DNA of 63,817 nt, filler included, from Lama guanicoe (Eukaryota), in assembly GCA_013239625.1 (NCBI GenBank). It is 140 parts of 140 records of this genome, joined end to end, with 100 filler letters (N's around TTAATTAATTAA, not from the genome) between each part and the next. Parts side by side here need not be neighbours in the genome. Positions count along the whole stretch, not along the records: positions 47,431 to 47,788 come from PNXV01057938.1; positions 47,889 to 48,246 come from PNXV01057939.1; positions 48,347 to 48,704 come from PNXV01057940.1; positions 48,805 to 49,162 come from PNXV01057941.1; positions 49,263 to 49,620 come from PNXV01057942.1; positions 49,721 to 50,078 come from PNXV01057943.1; positions 50,179 to 50,536 come from PNXV01057944.1; positions 50,637 to 50,994 come from PNXV01057945.1; 132 more parts are not named here. One strand, written 5' to 3'. The position numbers were made by a program, and so were the translations under genes. Below, piece after piece: positions 47,331 through 58,775 of this stretch (position 1 is its first letter; each line of letters begins with the position of its first letter). The notes beneath the pieces are model-generated. The model ran no database searches. It saw only the letters and a list, made by a program, of their open reading frames with translations, and had not been told where the DNA came from.

Positions 47331-50230
47331 NNNNNNNNNNNNNNNNNNNNNNNNNNNNNNNNNNNNNNNNNNNNTTAATTAATTAANNNNNNNNNNNNNN
47401 NNNNNNNNNNNNNNNNNNNNNNNNNNNNNNACAGCAAGTGTTACACTGAGGGAGAAACTTTATCCCCAACTCCCTTTGAGACTGAAAATAAGACTACACT
47501 CTCCCATCACCACCACCCTTTCCTGTAACACAGCCCTAGGGGTTGCAGCCAACAGTAGAGGAAAATGTTTTTTAAAGGCGTAAGATCTGAAAAGGAAAGG
47601 AAAACTACCATTATTTGCAGACAATGGGATCAGCTATATTAAGACAAAAAGAATGCAGCTCATAAAAGTTGCCAGAGTCAAGAAAAACTTACAAAGATCA
47701 TTATGGAATTTTCTGTTACCAACAATAATCAACAGAAGTATCATCATCATAATAGAAAGATGACTCATGATAGTGGCAAAAATTATATNNNNNNNNNNNN
47801 NNNNNNNNNNNNNNNNNNNNNNNNNNNNNNNNTTAATTAATTAANNNNNNNNNNNNNNNNNNNNNNNNNNNNNNNNNNNNNNNNNNNNTCTCCGAAGGTG
47901 GCCTTCTATGAACATAACACTGTGTTGTGGACATGAACGGAAATGCACCTAGTCCCAGCCCTTGGAAGACAGATCATCTTGTGAGGGAGATGGTCATTCA
48001 AAGATCTAAACATATTACAGATAGAAAGGAAAGAAACAAGCATGTGCAGTGGGAGCAGAAAGAGGAATTTAACTCTAACAACTGGGGAAGGTTTTATCAA
48101 AAATTAACATCAATGTTAATTCCAAGATTTTATACATTCCTTTCTTTTCCTTGAAAAGCCAACTTGCTCTATTCCTTGAAAATTGACTTTTAAAAATAAG
48201 AAAGGAGACAAATATTTGTTTGGTTGCTTAGCATAAGCAGGAATTTNNNNNNNNNNNNNNNNNNNNNNNNNNNNNNNNNNNNNNNNNNNNTTAATTAATT
48301 AANNNNNNNNNNNNNNNNNNNNNNNNNNNNNNNNNNNNNNNNNNNNGCAAAGGTCTAAAAGACAATAAATATGGGTGTACTCTGGTGGCCTTTTAGAGGT
48401 TAAGTTTTTGAAACAGAACACAGTAAAGCAATCATGCCTCAGTTTCTTGTTTGTAAAGCAAGTCTTGAACATGGTGAGTTTCATGTTCTGATCTTTTCTG
48501 TAAGAGATATAATTACTTAGAAATCTGCTTGTTTATTTTACTTCTGAGATGAATCTTAGCGCAGGCTCTGTTCTTCCCATTTCAGCCTGACATGAATTCT
48601 TTGATGCTTTGGGGTCATATCATTGTGGAGAAAGGCTTTTTCTTCTTGTATCATTGCAAAATGTGTAGAGAAGCAGTTGCTCAGATAACATGAGAACTTG
48701 TAAANNNNNNNNNNNNNNNNNNNNNNNNNNNNNNNNNNNNNNNNNNNNTTAATTAATTAANNNNNNNNNNNNNNNNNNNNNNNNNNNNNNNNNNNNNNNN
48801 NNNNTCCAATTAAATAGTTCAGATTTTTCTGAAATAACTGTTGTCCTTCAAATACAGTGCTAAATTATAGAACTCTAATATACCTTAGGGTTGTTTTGGG
48901 AGTATATAAAACATTTTTATAAAGCTAGAGATCTTCTACAGTTCATCTAATAAAGACTGATAGGGAGGCATTTGTGAGACTGCTTATCTGGGATTAAGAG
49001 TAGGTCTTTCTGTGAAATTAATTTATATGACTTCTGCTTCATTTAGCACTATGTTCAAATTAAACTTAACTCCCAGACTTATGCTTAACACAACTTTAAA
49101 ACTATGCTAAAGACACTGTGCTATAATACTTAATTAATAAGCTAGGGAAATAGCTTATTTTTNNNNNNNNNNNNNNNNNNNNNNNNNNNNNNNNNNNNNN
49201 NNNNNNTTAATTAATTAANNNNNNNNNNNNNNNNNNNNNNNNNNNNNNNNNNNNNNNNNNNNTATATTTCAATTCTATCATCTTTAAAAATGGTATCTTA
49301 AGCTAATTTTTATTTTCTATCCCATATGCCCTATCAAAGCTCGTTGCTGCCTTGGGAATATGTACATTACACAACCCTGGTTTTCATTATTTCTCTATTC
49401 TCTGAGTGTTTTTTTTTTTTAATAGTGGTGTCCTTCATGAGATGATCTTCCATTTTGTCTTCTAAAAATTACTTTTATGACAAGACTTTAGATATTTCAG
49501 ATGTATTTATCCAGTAATTCTATATATAATCAATTCTGTTAAAATAATCTAAAATAAGGTAGATAAATCTCTACCTTTATTATCTATTTATCTATCATCT
49601 GTCTACCTATCCATTTATACNNNNNNNNNNNNNNNNNNNNNNNNNNNNNNNNNNNNNNNNNNNNTTAATTAATTAANNNNNNNNNNNNNNNNNNNNNNNN
49701 NNNNNNNNNNNNNNNNNNNNTAATCTGGATACACACACGGTATATTCACTTCCTCAACATGTATGACACATGCCCAGATGAGATGACACAGATTCACTTT
49801 TCCCAAGTCTTCCCTTCTAAATGCAACTAAATATTCTGGAAATAATCCAAAAGATAACAACGAAAGGGCTCTGAAAGCTAGAAAGAAAAAGGTGCCTGGT
49901 CAGGGACTTCAGGATTTGAGAAATGGCATCATAGTGAATTGCCTGGATTTTCTTTTTATTTACCATTTATCCAAGCTTGGGCACCAGAGAGGTCTACAAC
50001 TCGGAACCATGAACAACAAAACAAGAGGAGCCTGCCTCTCTGGCCAAATGACCGGGAAAGGAGAAGCCCAGCAGATGTNNNNNNNNNNNNNNNNNNNNNN
50101 NNNNNNNNNNNNNNNNNNNNNNTTAATTAATTAANNNNNNNNNNNNNNNNNNNNNNNNNNNNNNNNNNNNNNNNNNNNCCCCCGACAGCCGACACCCGGA
50201 GTGCACCCCTACCCCAGCGGATCTCCTCAC

Positions 50231-50310
50231 CCCTCTCCTCGAGGGAGCGGGACCAGGTCCGGGTTGTGATCTCCGTGGCGAAAGCCTCCAGACAGGGATC
50301 CCAGGCCCGA
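50231..50310 (-). CDS. Candidate 80-nt exon in a GC-rich contig, gene unidentified
   Basis: Minus-strand acceptor gtgcctgcag| and donor GG|gtgagg bracket 80 nt that are open in all three frames. Confidence 0.3.
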
Positions 50311-50636
50311 CTGCAGGCACACAGCCCTGGGTCCCAGGTTCCCGGCCTGGGCGGGCGGGGCTGGAGGCCATTCCAATTCCGTGCCCCACCTCCACGTCCC
50401 CATCCCTCCCTCCACCCCACGCCCATGCCCAGTGCCTCCTCTGAGCCCATGAGTCAGGATGGTCCCGGGCTGCACACCTCTCGCCAGTGGGCCTTGAGTG
50501 CTTGATGCTGGTGCCCGGAGGAAGGGTGCAGCCCCGNNNNNNNNNNNNNNNNNNNNNNNNNNNNNNNNNNNNNNNNNNNNTTAATTAATTAANNNNNNNN
50601 NNNNNNNNNNNNNNNNNNNNNNNNNNNNNNNNNNNN

Positions 50637-50994
50637 ACCTTGGGGACGCAGCCGCAGCCTCTTGGGTTTCCAGGACAGTCCCTTAGCTTGCGTTGGCAGT
50701 CAGATGGAAAACTCTCAGGGGAGATGAGCTAAGGGATTCCATTAGAACCCACGCGCTGCAGACCTTTGATGGAACCTCCCCATGCTTAGGATTCCAGAAG
50801 CATTCTCTGTGAGTTTGGGAGCTCGAGAGACAACTCCATGCAGCTATCTTCAGTCACAGGTGTTTTTGTTTGGGGGAAGTACAATAATTACCTTCCCTGA
50901 GCATGGGGAGGCAGCTGCTGTTACTGGGCTTACCAGCACAACCCCCTAGCATTCCCTGGCAGCCAGAATCAGGAAAACACTCAGGGGAGACGAG
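50637..50994 (+). repeat. Satellite, about 267-bp monomer, subtype B
   Basis: ggaaaac.ctcaggggaga.gag at 50706 and 50972 (period 266). Shares gctaagggatt..attagaaccc and gtcacaggtgtt with subtype A. Confidence 0.92.
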
Positions 50995-51094
50995 NNNNNN
51001 NNNNNNNNNNNNNNNNNNNNNNNNNNNNNNNNNNNNNNTTAATTAATTAANNNNNNNNNNNNNNNNNNNNNNNNNNNNNNNNNNNNNNNNNNNN

Positions 51095-51452
51095 AATTTT
51101 TGACTTGTTGATTACCTGGATATAAAGCAAGGTCTTCTTTCCCCCTCAGGTTTCTCTCTCAGAAAAGAGCGAGTCACTTTATTCTATTCCATACAAAGGA
51201 TTGTTTGGGGGAGATATAAGTCTGAAGCTACATCAGTCAATACTACAGAGTGGTTATGTTGTAGAGATTATGAATCAACGTTTACAGCACACACCTACCT
51301 ACAGAATGAAAAAACTGCCCGGATGTGTATAAATAGGCACTTAGGACTCAGGTTAAAAAGGTCACTAGAATTCAAAAAGTTCTGTAACTTAAGCTACTTA
51401 ATAAAAGGAAAGTGATAATTCTTTGACAGAACTGGTAAATGACTCAGTCACT
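51095..51452 (+). repeat. Copy 1 of a near-identical contig pair
   Basis: 358-bp ungapped match to 52469-52826 with 11 substitutions by hand count. Confidence 0.97.
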
Positions 51453-51553
51453 NNNNNNNNNNNNNNNNNNNNNNNNNNNNNNNNNNNNNNNNNNNNTTAA
51501 TTAATTAANNNNNNNNNNNNNNNNNNNNNNNNNNNNNNNNNNNNNNNNNNNNT

Positions 51554-51910
51554 TTTATGGTAGACACAGGAGCAGAGTATTCTGTGGTGACCCAACCTGT
51601 ACCCCCCCTGACCAAAAAAGGGGCAACTATTATAGGGGCTACTGGAGACTCAACTGCCCACCATTTCTGCCAACCACGATCCTGTCAATTAGTGTGCCAT
51701 CTAGTGACACATGAATTTTTATATTTGCCTGAATGCCTGATAACATTGCTCGGAAGAGACCTTCTATCTAAATTGGGGGCACAAATTACCTTCTTCCCTG
51801 GGAAACAGGCACATCTGACCCTACAGAGAGAGTCTATGATTCTAGCCATCTCAGTTCCCTGAGAAGAGTGGTGTCTGTATGAGAGCAGAGAACTCCAGTA
51901 AAATCCTAGC
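51554..51910 (+). mobile_element. Class I (gamma-like, ERV1) endogenous retrovirus protease region, defective
   Basis: FMVDTGAEYSVVTQP...IIGATG...VTHEFLYLPECLITLLGRDLLSKLGAQITF contains the catalytic DTG, the flap GATG and the LLGRDLL motif. An in-frame TGA at 51860-51862 precedes EEW. Confidence 0.95.
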
Positions 51911-52468
51911 NNNNNNNNNNNNNNNNNNNNNNNNNNNNNNNNNNNNNNNNNNNNTTAATTAATTAANNNNNNNNNNNNNNNNNNNNNNNNNNNNNNNNNN
52001 NNNNNNNNNNAATATAGAACCAGCTGTGACTTCTGAAAAGTTAAAACTTTAGTTGCATCTCATGTCAGTTCTCTCCTCCCTCTTCCCTCTCTTTTGATTG
52101 TACCATTTCTACATTCGCAGAACATAAAGCCATCAGGAGACAGGCTGGGACATGGGACCTTTTACCGAAGTGCACATGTTGATTTTGTGGCAGGAAAGCC
52201 CAGTGACACCATGTCTGCTATGGGGCCAGGTACTGTCTGTCCTCTGTCTAGGATGTGTATTTCTGTATTTCAGTTATTCTGTATGATTTTTTTAAAATGA
52301 GGTAATTTTATAAGGCACCACACTAGGGTGGAAACAGTTAACCTTTTTTCTTATTTCTCTAGTTTCCTNNNNNNNNNNNNNNNNNNNNNNNNNNNNNNNN
52401 NNNNNNNNNNNNTTAATTAATTAANNNNNNNNNNNNNNNNNNNNNNNNNNNNNNNNNNNNNNNNNNNN

Positions 52469-52826
52469 AATTTTTGACTTGTTGATTACCTGGATATAAA
52501 GCAAGGTCTTCTTTCCCTCTCAGGTTTCTCTCTCAGAAAAGAGCGAGTCACTTTATTCTACTCCATACAAAGGATTGTTTGGGGGAGATATAAGTCTGAA
52601 GCTACTTCAGTCAATACTATAGAGTGGTTATGTTGTAGAGATTATGAATCAACGTTTACAACACACACCTACCTACAGAATAAAAAAACTGCCCGAATGT
52701 GTATAAATAGGCACTTAGGACTCGGGTTAAAAAGATCACTAGAATTCAAAAAGTTCTGTAACTTAAACTACTTAATGAAAGGAAAGTGATAATTCTTTGA
52801 CAGAACTGGTAAATGACTCAGTCACT
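52469..52826 (+). repeat. Copy 2 of a near-identical contig pair
   Basis: Same start and end as 51095-51452; the first 49 and last 49 nt are identical. Confidence 0.97.
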
Positions 52827-53842
52827 NNNNNNNNNNNNNNNNNNNNNNNNNNNNNNNNNNNNNNNNNNNNTTAATTAATTAANNNNNNNNNNNNNNNNNN
52901 NNNNNNNNNNNNNNNNNNNNNNNNNNAATAATGAAAAGAAAAATGTTAGGACTGGGAAGTGATCTTTCACTTTATATTGCATTTGCCAAAAAATTAAACT
53001 GTTTACAACTTGATCATGGTAGTTTTAAAAATGATTGGGACAAATAGAGATAGAGTAAAAATAAATTAGATATATTGAAATAATAAGAAGCAAGTATTTA
53101 AACTAAGCAATATTTCACTTAGTCACAGAATTGAATTTACCATCAGAATGAGAAAACATTTGTTGAGTGTTTCTTAAACACCAGGCATTGTACTAAGTGC
53201 TTTGTAGGTGTTATCTAGTTTAGTTCTTAGAAAATCTTAGAAGATAAGAACTAGCATCTTCTCTTTAAATGTGGAAATTTGGTGNNNNNNNNNNNNNNNN
53301 NNNNNNNNNNNNNNNNNNNNNNNNNNNNTTAATTAATTAANNNNNNNNNNNNNNNNNNNNNNNNNNNNNNNNNNNNNNNNNNNNCTTGGCACACAAAGAC
53401 CAGACGCCCTTATTTAGAGGAGATGAACCTTGAACTCATTACACGTATTCTTTGGGCAGAAGGGCCATCAGGGTGAATGACATTCAGAAAGAAAAACCAC
53501 TAACAAAGACATCAGAACAGGCACAGGACAGGACAAACACACCGTACTTGTAAACAAAAGCCCTCTTTTCATCTCTGATGGGAGGTTCTGAAAGCTTCCT
53601 TTCTTTGTAAACTCACATACCATCTGAATGAGGAGCAGTGGATAAGAAAGAAAACCTGAAGGAGTAAGAGCTTACCCAAAAACGTACAACATCATAAGCT
53701 ATTGGAACTCCCAACTATATAACATTTTTGAAAAAAAAAAAANNNNNNNNNNNNNNNNNNNNNNNNNNNNNNNNNNNNNNNNNNNNTTAATTAATTAANN
53801 NNNNNNNNNNNNNNNNNNNNNNNNNNNNNNNNNNNNNNNNNN

Positions 53843-54199
53843 ATATTATATAAGTTACAGGTATACAATATAGTGATTCACAATTTTTAAAAGTTTATAC
53901 TCCATTTATAGCTGTTATAAAATATTGGCTATATTCCCCATGTTGTACAATAGACGCTTGTAGCTTACTTTATACCTAATACCTCTTGTACCTCTTACTC
54001 CCCTACCTGTACATTGCCCCGCCCCTCCACTCTCCCCAGTGGTAACTACTAGTTTGTTCTCTGTATCTTCTTTTTTGTTATGTTCACTGGCTTGTTATAT
54101 ATTTTACATTACATATATAAGTGATATCATACAGTATTTGTCTTTCTCTGATTTCATTTAGCATAATGCCCTCCAAGTCCATCCATGTTGCTGCAAATG
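53843..54199 (-). mobile_element. LINE-1 3' UTR (L1MA9-like)
   Basis: atattatataagttacaggtatacaatatagtgattcacaatttttaaa..tatactccatttata...gcataatgccctccaagtccatccatgttgctgcaaatg. Confidence 0.92.
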
Positions 54200-55673
54200 N
54201 NNNNNNNNNNNNNNNNNNNNNNNNNNNNNNNNNNNNNNNNNNNTTAATTAATTAANNNNNNNNNNNNNNNNNNNNNNNNNNNNNNNNNNNNNNNNNNNNC
54301 ACCTACTGATAACCCACGATGTCCTGGGAAGAGTCATGTTTAAGCTCCATTCAGAAAGGAATGTGTCCCCTCAGTCTGAGTCTCCCAGTAGAATTAACAC
54401 AATGCTTCACCCACAGGGACCCCATAAATGCTCATAAATAATTAGGTACATGAGTTGATGCCTGAACTGAGCTGACACTACCCGCCAAACTGATTTGTTC
54501 TCATGTTAGAAATAAACAGTATCAGATAAAGAATATTAAACTCAGACAAGATTACTGAGACCTTAATAATCAAGCAAAATAGTGCTAACTTCTAATTTTG
54601 TCCAGACACAGACAAACCAATGTCACGGTGCAACCTACAAAACCCCAAACTTCCTCTNNNNNNNNNNNNNNNNNNNNNNNNNNNNNNNNNNNNNNNNNNN
54701 NTTAATTAATTAANNNNNNNNNNNNNNNNNNNNNNNNNNNNNNNNNNNNNNNNNNNNCCCTTATCCTGGAGTTACAGCCTCATTTTTCCATTATGCTTTA
54801 ATTTGAACATCTTTGGAAAAACGCCTGGTGAACACAGGAGCCCAGAAGGAGAGCTGGACGCAATTCAGCCTGTCTTTCCCCTCCCCGTGAAGCAGGCCAG
54901 CACCGTTGCCAGCATGGGAGTCTCGGACCTCTCCCCAAATCCTGAACCTCAGACTTGAAAAGAATTATTTCAGTCCTATCAAAGTGCCATTGGCTGTCCT
55001 TCTGTCCTTAGTCACGACATAGAAAAGTTTTAGACCCGTGAGGATTCCCCAGGGATCCAATCCAGCCTTTTCACAAGCGGGGAAACTGAGACCCCAAGTA
55101 GCTCTGACTTGCTTGNNNNNNNNNNNNNNNNNNNNNNNNNNNNNNNNNNNNNNNNNNNNTTAATTAATTAANNNNNNNNNNNNNNNNNNNNNNNNNNNNN
55201 NNNNNNNNNNNNNNNGTGTGTGTGTGTTTGTGTGGGTGCATGTGTTTCAGAATAGTCAACCTGATCAGGACTTTGCAGGAGTTGCTACTTAGGATTTTCC
55301 AAAGGATCAGACTAGTAGTAACATGAATTAACCAACATAATGATGTCATTTATTACACTTTATGTTGTATTATATACAGTGTCATACTACATTATTTCCC
55401 TGCCCACTACATTTAGTGTATAACACCAAACAGCCTACTTCGCCCACAACAGAACTACTTTCTCTACTTAGCTCTCTCCTGACCACAGATTGTAAAACTT
55501 AGTCCACTTGAAAACCAAGAGATTTTAAAGGTTGTTATGGCCAGCTGTGTTATTTTAACAATTATAAACAAACNNNNNNNNNNNNNNNNNNNNNNNNNNN
55601 NNNNNNNNNNNNNNNNNTTAATTAATTAANNNNNNNNNNNNNNNNNNNNNNNNNNNNNNNNNNNNNNNNNNNN

Positions 55674-56031
55674 TTACATTCCAACCAACAGTGTGCAAGT
55701 GTTCCCTTTTCTCTACATCCTCACCAACATTTGTTATTTGTAGACTCCTTGATGATAGCCATTCTGGCAAGTGTGAGGTGATACTTCATCGTGGTTTTAA
55801 TTTGTATTTTCAAATATAGTAGTTTGTATCTGTTAATCCCATGCCATTAACTTATCCATCATCCTTTCCTCTCCTCTTTGGTAACACATGTTTGTTTTTC
55901 ATATCTTTGAGACTGTTTATGTTTTGCATATACATTCATTTGTATTATTTTTTAGATTACACATATAAGTGATATATACTATATCTCTCTCTCTAACTTA
56001 TTTCACTAAACAAAATATTCTCTAGGTCCAT
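55674..56031 (-). mobile_element. Two abutting LINE-1 pieces (ORF2 end, then 3' UTR)
   Basis: ttacattccaaccaacagtgtgcaagtgttcccttttct...gtggttttaatttg up to about 55810, then 3' UTR-type tatagtagtttgtatctgttaatccc...cacatataagtgatat. Confidence 0.85.
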
Positions 56032-56131
56032 NNNNNNNNNNNNNNNNNNNNNNNNNNNNNNNNNNNNNNNNNNNNTTAATTAATTAANNNNNNNNNNNNN
56101 NNNNNNNNNNNNNNNNNNNNNNNNNNNNNNN

Positions 56132-56334
56132 GGTATCACCTCACACATATGACGATGGATATTATTCAAAAGACAAGAGATAATAAATACTGGCAAGGAT
56201 GCAGCAGAAAGGAAGCTCCTGTATATTGTTGGTGGGAATGTAAAGTGATACGTTACTATGGAAAACAGTATGGCGGTTCCTCATGAAATTAAAAATAGAA
56301 CTACCATATGATCTAGCATTATCATTTCTGGATG
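56132..56334 (+). mobile_element. LINE-1 ORF2 C-terminal fragment (similar at 59000-59215)
   Basis: tatcacctcacac...tggcaaggatg...ttggtgggaatgtaaa...atggaaaacagtatggcggttcctca...aaaaatagaactaccatatgatctagca. Confidence 0.9.
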
Positions 56335-56489
56335 TACGGTTGACCCTTGAATAATGTGGAGGTTAGGGGTGGGGACCTCTGTGCAGCTGAAGATCTGCAT
56401 ATAACTTTTCAGTCAGCTCTCTGTATCTATGGTTCCCCAACCGATAATCGACCACAGATCATGTGGTACTGTAGTACATATTTATTTTT
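56335..56489. mobile_element. Tigger2-family MITE end inserted at TA within the L1
   Basis: TA followed by cggttgacccttgaataatgtggaggttagggg, matching the Tigger terminal repeat CAGTTGACCCTTGAACAAC. Confidence 0.75.
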
Positions 56490-56589
56490 NNNNNNNNNNN
56501 NNNNNNNNNNNNNNNNNNNNNNNNNNNNNNNNNTTAATTAATTAANNNNNNNNNNNNNNNNNNNNNNNNNNNNNNNNNNNNNNNNNNNN

Positions 56590-56947
56590 TATGAACAACT
56601 ATATGGCAATAAATTGGACAACTTAGAAGAAATGAACACATTTCTAGAAACATACAAAACTGAAACAAGAAGAAATAGATGACTTGAACAGACCGAGCAC
56701 TAGAAATGAAATGGAAGTAACAATAAAAAACCTCCCTACAAACAAAAATCCAGGACTAAATGGCTTCACTGGGGAATTCTGCCAAATATACAACAAAGAA
56801 CTCATATTGATCCTTCTCAAACTCTTTTAAAAGACTGAAGAGGAGGAAATACTCCTAAACTCTTTCTATGAAGCCACCATCGCCCTGATACCAACAATGA
56901 CACTACCAAAAAAGAAAATTATGGGCCGATATTATTGATGAACATAG
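56590..56947 (+). mobile_element. LINE-1 ORF2 fragment (Z domain and start of RT), degenerate
   Basis: YEQLYGNKLDNLEEMNTFLETY...KNLPTNKNPGLNGFTGEF...NSFYEATIALIP...KKENYGPILLMNI. Confidence 0.95.
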
Positions 56948-57505
56948 NNNNNNNNNNNNNNNNNNNNNNNNNNNNNNNNNNNNNNNNNNNNTTAATTAAT
57001 TAANNNNNNNNNNNNNNNNNNNNNNNNNNNNNNNNNNNNNNNNNNNNGGACCTGTGACGTGGTACCGACGTGGTACCGCTGCCCAGGGCTGCCCTGCGCT
57101 TGCTTCCAGGTGTGACCTGCCTTCGTGGGCTTATCCTGTGGGCTGTTAGGAAACACTGTCATTTTAATCTGCCCCGTTTCTGTGAGACCATCAGGCAAGG
57201 TCTGGGCTTGCCCTGTGGAAATTTTGCCTCTTTGCTTCTACCTAAGAGGACAGGATGCTGGCATCTGTCAGATAGGGTCTTTTCAAACCCCAGAGCATCT
57301 TAATCCAAGGACTGTGAACTTGAAAAAAAAATTAGGAATTTACTTGTGTGGAGTTTCCTGATGAAAATCGTAAATGCGTGCATGCTTTAAAATGAAAGAT
57401 TTTGANNNNNNNNNNNNNNNNNNNNNNNNNNNNNNNNNNNNNNNNNNNNTTAATTAATTAANNNNNNNNNNNNNNNNNNNNNNNNNNNNNNNNNNNNNNN
57501 NNNNN

Positions 57506-57681
57506 GACAGATAATTCTTGGTTGTGATGGGCTGCCTCGTGCATTAGAGGATTTTTAGCAGCATCCCTGGTCTCTACCCACTAGATACCTGGAGCACTCC
57601 ATCAGTTGTACAACCAAAAATGTCTCCAGACATTGCCAAATGTCCCTAGGGGTGCAGGATCACCGCCGGTTGAGAGCATTG
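57506..57681. mobile_element. MER20 hAT-Charlie element
   Basis: gataattcttggttgtg...tttagcagcatccctggtctctacccactagat...caaccaaaaatgtctccagacattgccaaatgtcc...ggttgaga. Confidence 0.93.
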
Positions 57682-58486
57682 CCTTAACTGCTTTGGGTTT
57701 CAGTTTCCTCCTCAATTCAGGGTTTGAATTTTGCTAAGAGGACCCTCCCATCAGCTCCAACTTTCAGTATTTCCAGAACCACCTAGCTGCTTCGCTCATC
57801 AATCAGTGCTCTCGTGAGTGCTCTCTTTTCTCACTGCTGGCTCTCATCAGTGCCAGCAAAATGNNNNNNNNNNNNNNNNNNNNNNNNNNNNNNNNNNNNN
57901 NNNNNNNTTAATTAATTAANNNNNNNNNNNNNNNNNNNNNNNNNNNNNNNNNNNNNNNNNNNNTTTTTTTTTTCCTTTTTGGGAAAAATTTATTGCAGAA
58001 AATAAGCATAAACAGTGGAAGAAAACACCACTGGGTGACTTTTCTCCAGTGACAAGAGTCTGGCTCTGGGACCATAGTCCTGCATTGTAATCTCAGCTCC
58101 TCATTCTACCAGCTGTGAATTTAGGAAAGTTAATTAAATTCTAAACTTCTCTTTTCTCATCTACAAAATGGGATTATGACAGTATCTATCTAATCATTTG
58201 TTTTCAGGATTAAAGAAGTTGATGCCAGTAAAGTGCTTGGCATTTTGATCTTCGCTCAATAAAATCCAACTTCCAGTTCTGCTACTAACACGTCATTAAT
58301 GTTATTAGTAACACAGGGCCCNNNNNNNNNNNNNNNNNNNNNNNNNNNNNNNNNNNNNNNNNNNNTTAATTAATTAANNNNNNNNNNNNNNNNNNNNNNN
58401 NNNNNNNNNNNNNNNNNNNNNTCCTCTGGTGCCTCTCCTACCTCAAACCACACCTGTAACTTCATGTTTGGTGGGGGTCAGGGAGG

Positions 58487-58775
58487 CGGGTTCCCAATGA
58501 CTAATGGACTAGGGAAGAGAAAATAAAGCCTTCTTTACAGATGGCTCTGTGCAATATACTGACATGAGCCAGCGGTGGACTAGCATGGTGTTACAACACC
58601 AATGAGGCACGGCCATGAACAGTAGTTGGGAAGGGAAATCATCCCACCAGCAGAACTTTGATATTAACAGTTGTCACTCTGTCTGGAAGGAGAGATGTCT
58701 AGAGGGTTAGACCTATACCATTCAGTGCTTAGAAGATAATGGTTTGTCTATATAATCAGAGACTTGGAATGAAAA
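58487..58775 (+). mobile_element. ERV-L (class III) pol RNase H relic
   Basis: Broken frames give AFFTDGSVQY...W...EGKSSHQQNF...VWKERCL...LY, matching recalled ERV-L AWFTDGSARY..KW..GEGKSSQWAEL..AWKEKWPDVRLYTDS. Confidence 0.75.

Noticed and set aside
51554..58775. ERV protease, LTRs and RNase H as parts of one provirus
   Set aside because: They are on separate contigs and belong to different classes (class I protease versus class III RNase H), with very different levels of decay.
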